The position numbers and the translations under genes were made by a program. The notes beneath the pieces are model-generated. The model did no database searches. It was not told where the DNA came from and saw nothing but the letters and a program-made list of their open reading frames with translations. Source: the human T2T-CHM13v2.0 reference genome, Homo sapiens. From it: a stretch of DNA of 64,000 bases. Below, piece by piece: positions 57,431 to 64,000 of this stretch (positions within the stretch are counted from its first letter, which is position 1; each line of letters begins with the position of its first letter). The stretch lies in the NCBI RefSeq assembly GCF_009914755.1, contig NC_060926.1. One strand, given 5' to 3'.

Positions 57431-57821
57431 AGGAAGCAGGCTCTAGGGACATGACAGCCCTGGAGGGTGGGTCTGACGGTCGGGAGTGCATGTGGAGGCT
57501 GGGAGCAAGCTGGGCAGAGTGCCCTGGGTGAATCTGCTCTCCAGGGGTTCCTGGGAGCTTCGGCTTCTGCCTGACTTCTGGGTTTAGCAGGAGCCCACAC
57601 TGACGGTCCCCGGACGCACACACAGGCCTCCAGCACACTTCCTCTCCATTTATTATATAAAGCAGAACTGGCACTGCACACTCAGACTATGCTGTAGGTA
57701 CCCAGGGATGCCATCCTGGAGCAGGCTTTAGTTAATGTTTACATTTTGTCCACATTCCCCTCCAACCCATTCTACTCTCCTCTTCTTCCCGCTAACCCTC
57801 GGCTTTTCTTATTCTTCCCCA

Positions 57822-57990
57822 TTTTTTTTTTTTTTTTTTTTAGAATCAACACCTCCCTCTGTCACCCAGGCTGGAAGTGCAATGGTGTGATCATAGCTCA
57901 CTGCAACCTCAAACTCCTGGCCTCAAGCCATCCGCCTACCTCAGCTCCCAAGTAGCTTGGGATTACAGGTGTGAGCCACATCACTGTGCT
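57822..57990 (-). mobile_element. Alu monomer (FRAM/FAM-like)
   Basis: Poly-T plus a single arm; TSD tccccatt. Confidence 0.85.
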
Positions 57991-58739
57991 CCCCATTGTT
58001 AATATGTTGAGACTCTTACTCTGGGAGGAGGAGTGGCAACTAAAGGACCCCAAATCTCTACTTCTTGGGACCTGTATTTGACACTCCATCCAGCAGCTTC
58101 TGAATTTCACACCTGATAAAAGCAGGGGTTCTGGATGTTCTCACGGCAACCCCAATTTACACCCAAGAAGGGGCCTTCTGGGTGGCCACCTGGATCCTGG
58201 GTGCTTTTCCCTGGGCAGTGTTTATGCCAAAGGCCTGCTTGCAGCCTGGATCTGCTGTGCCCTGAGCCCGCCCTCCTCCCCTCCGCGCCCCACCCCACCC
58301 CAGAAGAGCCTCTGCTCTTCCTGCCCTTCTCCTTCCTGCTGTGCCAAGGTGGAGCCCAGCTGCCTCCGCACCCAGCCCTCTGTGACTCAGTGGAAGCCAG
58401 TGGCCACTTCCCCCTCCCACCCACCCACACTCACATTCCAACGGCCAGCTCACTTGCTTCTTGGCACTCAAACTGCACCCACCAGGCCTCTGACTAAATA
58501 GTCATCTCTTTACGGGACAATTTATGACCAGGGCCAGCCCAGTATGGGAAGAGGTCACGTGTATCTTACCCTCTGAGCACACTCCTTTTGCTCCACAGCT
58601 AATGACTGACCTCTGTGGATCTTTCCTTCTGGCCCCTGGCTGACCTGGGGCATTTTATTTAGGAGAACTAGAGTCTTAGCCTTTAGTGTTGTACCTAACA
58701 CAGTGCTGACTCAATGCATCTTTGAATAAAAGAGGTTTA

Positions 58740-59114
<375 letters not shown>

Positions 59115-59269
59115 TCAAGGACTCATTTAGGCCACACCTGGGAAGTTGGGTGGTTTAAAGTGGAGTTAGTGACACCTGGGTTGAAGCCCCAGCTCTGCCG
59201 CTCTAAGATCTCAAGCACATTTTATGACCCACCTAAGCCTCCATTCCTCACCTGTGTACTGGGGATGAT

Positions 59270-59838
59270 ATCGTGTATTTCATCAATTCTAGGATGTGCA
59301 GCTTTTTGCATCTTAATCTCTCTGAAATTGGGCTATGTCTTACAGTTGATATGGGGGTAGGAGATGGTGTATTCCCACTCCTAGATCGACTGTAGTGCCT
59401 CTAGGAGTGCCCTGCCAGAGAAGCCCACACTCCACCTCCTGAGCCAGGGTGGCCATATGACTTGTCCTGGCCAATGGAGTGTGAAGCAAGCAACATCTAT
59501 CACATCCGGGCTGCACTTTCAAAGGCAACTGTCGTTCAGCTCATGCTCCTTTTCATCCACGTCAGCAGCCAGCAAAGTTCCAGATGGAGGCTGTTTCGTG
59601 GGCCCTGTCCCACAGTAAAGAGGATGTAGAGCTGAGCTGCAGCTGGTGGGCATTGAACAGAAGCATAAACCTTTCTTCTTTAGCCATTGAGATTGGGGTT
59701 CTGTGTTTTGACAGCACAGTCTAGCATATCCTGACTGGTATTTCATGCTCCAGTTAATTGACAGATTCCTTTTTCTTTCTTAATACATAGTGGTGTAACT
59801 CACAATTGTTGGTATTGTTGATTCAAAGAAACACGGTA
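59270..59838. mobile_element. MER104-like TcMar relic split by an MLT1 LTR (~59355-59740)
   Basis: TIR-like ends cgtgtatttcatcaattctag / gattcaaagaaacacgg; inner ggccatatgacttgtcctggccaatgg...agccattgagattgggg. Confidence 0.55.
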
Positions 59839-60035
59839 GTGCCTCTTACAGACTAATGTAGGTAAATCACTTAGCACAATGCCTGGCCCACAGTAAGTGT
59901 TCCATTCATGTTAGCCATTGTTCTATTTCTAGCCCTCTGCATGTAGCCAATGTTTAATACATGCTTGGAGGATGATACTGATGACACATGAGATCAGAAC
60001 CCCCCTTAGATCCCTTGTGGCATGAGAAAGAGTAT

Positions 60036-60843
<808 letters not shown>

Positions 60844-61890
60844 GTATAGATAAGTTCAAGTAAATAAAGTGGCATTGGCACTTGATTTTGGAGGCTCTTT
60901 GAGGGTATAGGTGTTTCTGATGCCCTTTCTGAAAGCTTTTTCAGGGGCTACTCGTTTAGGTAGGTAACTAAGAAAGCTGAGTTTTTATTCATATTAGTTA
61001 ACAGTTTATTGCCTAGGATATGAGAAAGAGGAAGAAACAACTCAAGTGTGATGTGGCAAGTTTTTGGTGCAACAGAATAAAGAAACCACAGTCTCTTAGA
61101 GCAAAATATAAGCATCTTGAATTTTTGCAGAATCAAGTATGGGCCACAGATCCTGCTCTGAAGATACCATACTTCCAGCTAATTCTTGACCTTCTGTGTT
61201 AAACCCCGTGCTCTGGAACAAATCTCTCCAGGAATTTTATAGCCAGCCCCTGCAGACCCAAAAGTAGGGAGAGTGTTCTACATGCTGGGCTGGGCTCAGG
61301 TGCTGTGAGGGCAGACTTGCCAGAGCCACTTCCCATCCCTTTGGCATCCTCTCCCCTGAACCTCATATTACCTGTCTGTCTCCTCCTTTACTTCCTCCAC
61401 TTGGGAAGATGACAAAAGTAATTTATCCTAAAGTATTATTGGTGTATGCATTACTTAAAGGGGAACCTAGAAAATGAAAAAGGAAATCACAGGACTGTAT
61501 GTTAGGTTATGTTAGGGATCTGTTACGTTTCTCATCTCTGCTACCTGCGTCCACCTCAATCTTTTCTCTCAGCAGACAGCTCTCTTCACTCAGCTGTCAG
61601 CTTGCACATGGTCTCATAAAATGGCTGCCCTAAAATGGTGGCCCCCGCACCTCGTGACTATGTGACTTTCAAGTCTAGCACCAACTAGCTAGACTTTCTG
61701 TGGCCTCCAGTTCCTGAGAGGGAGGATCTGGCTTCATGTAGCCTACAGATGATTCCACTGGGGTCAGTTGACCATATCTGGCTCAGTCAGTCATGGTGCT
61801 GCTACTATTGGGCCAGTTAGTTTCTCTTAAAGACCAGGATGTTTGGTGTATTACGCAGGATTTGTTGAGCTGCATGTGGCAGAATATTCA

Positions 61891-63470
<1,580 letters not shown>

Positions 63471-64000
63471 ATTTTTTTCTTTCTCATATAAGAGGCGAGC
63501 AGTCCAGGACTGGTACAGTGGCCCCTTGATCACTATCTGGGTATGCAGCTTCTATCCTCAAGGTCACCTCATGATCCAAGATGGCTGCTGAAGTTCCAGT
63601 CGTTACATCACATGGAGTTGCAGGCTGGAAGGAGGAAAGAAAGACAAAAGCTCCTCCACTCCCTGCTGTCATCTCCCATGAAGCCCCCAGAACACTTGCA
63701 CTTGTCTCATTGCTAGGACCTAGTCACATAGGTTGTGCACACTTAGCTCTAAGAAAGTCTGAGAAATGAAGGGTTTTTTTTTAGCAAGACACATTGTCAC
63801 CCAGAATATAATCAGGGTCCTTCCACCAAAACAAAGAATGGAGAATGGGTATTGAGGGATGCTCAGAGTCTAAGCCAGAGTTGGGAGGAAATAACAGACA
63901 CTTCCAATTATGTTTTAATGCATTCTTTTTCTATAAGAAGGCCATGTCACTTTGGAAATTTAAAACATAAGTAAAAAAACCATTTTGGAAAAAATAAGAG

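Noticed and set aside
57650-57665. TATA-like tatataaag as a promoter
   Set aside because: No supporting downstream exon or initiator context; single motif.

Overview
Primate (very probably human) genomic DNA with no supportable protein-coding exon; it reads as intergenic or deep-intronic. About 32 Alu copies or fragments are present, with many MaLR/ERVL/ERV1 solo LTRs (MLT1, MST, MLT2A2, MLT2B, MER41A, LTR9-like, MER34 x2, MER39 and others), old L1/L2/MIR fragments, DNA-transposon relics, one 7SL and one Y3 RNA retropseudogene, several microsatellites and a 1.25-kb AT-rich partly palindromic array. Most ORFs in the supplied track are repeat-derived or chance ORFs. Repeat subfamily names were assigned by eye from remembered consensus sequences, and boundaries of old repeats are approximate. 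I found no evidence for a new multi-gene system. The most unusual signals are: (1) a 2-piece templated insertion at 7939-8143 copied from 1 kb upstream and 1.5 kb downstream; (2) several fold-back/template-switch scars; (3) an AT-rich palindromic array that appears to have grown inside an Alu tail; (4) an octamer-bearing LTR inserted into the DUX-like motif of an MLT2A2 LTR; (5) a GC-rich unique island with possible decayed zinc-finger remnants.
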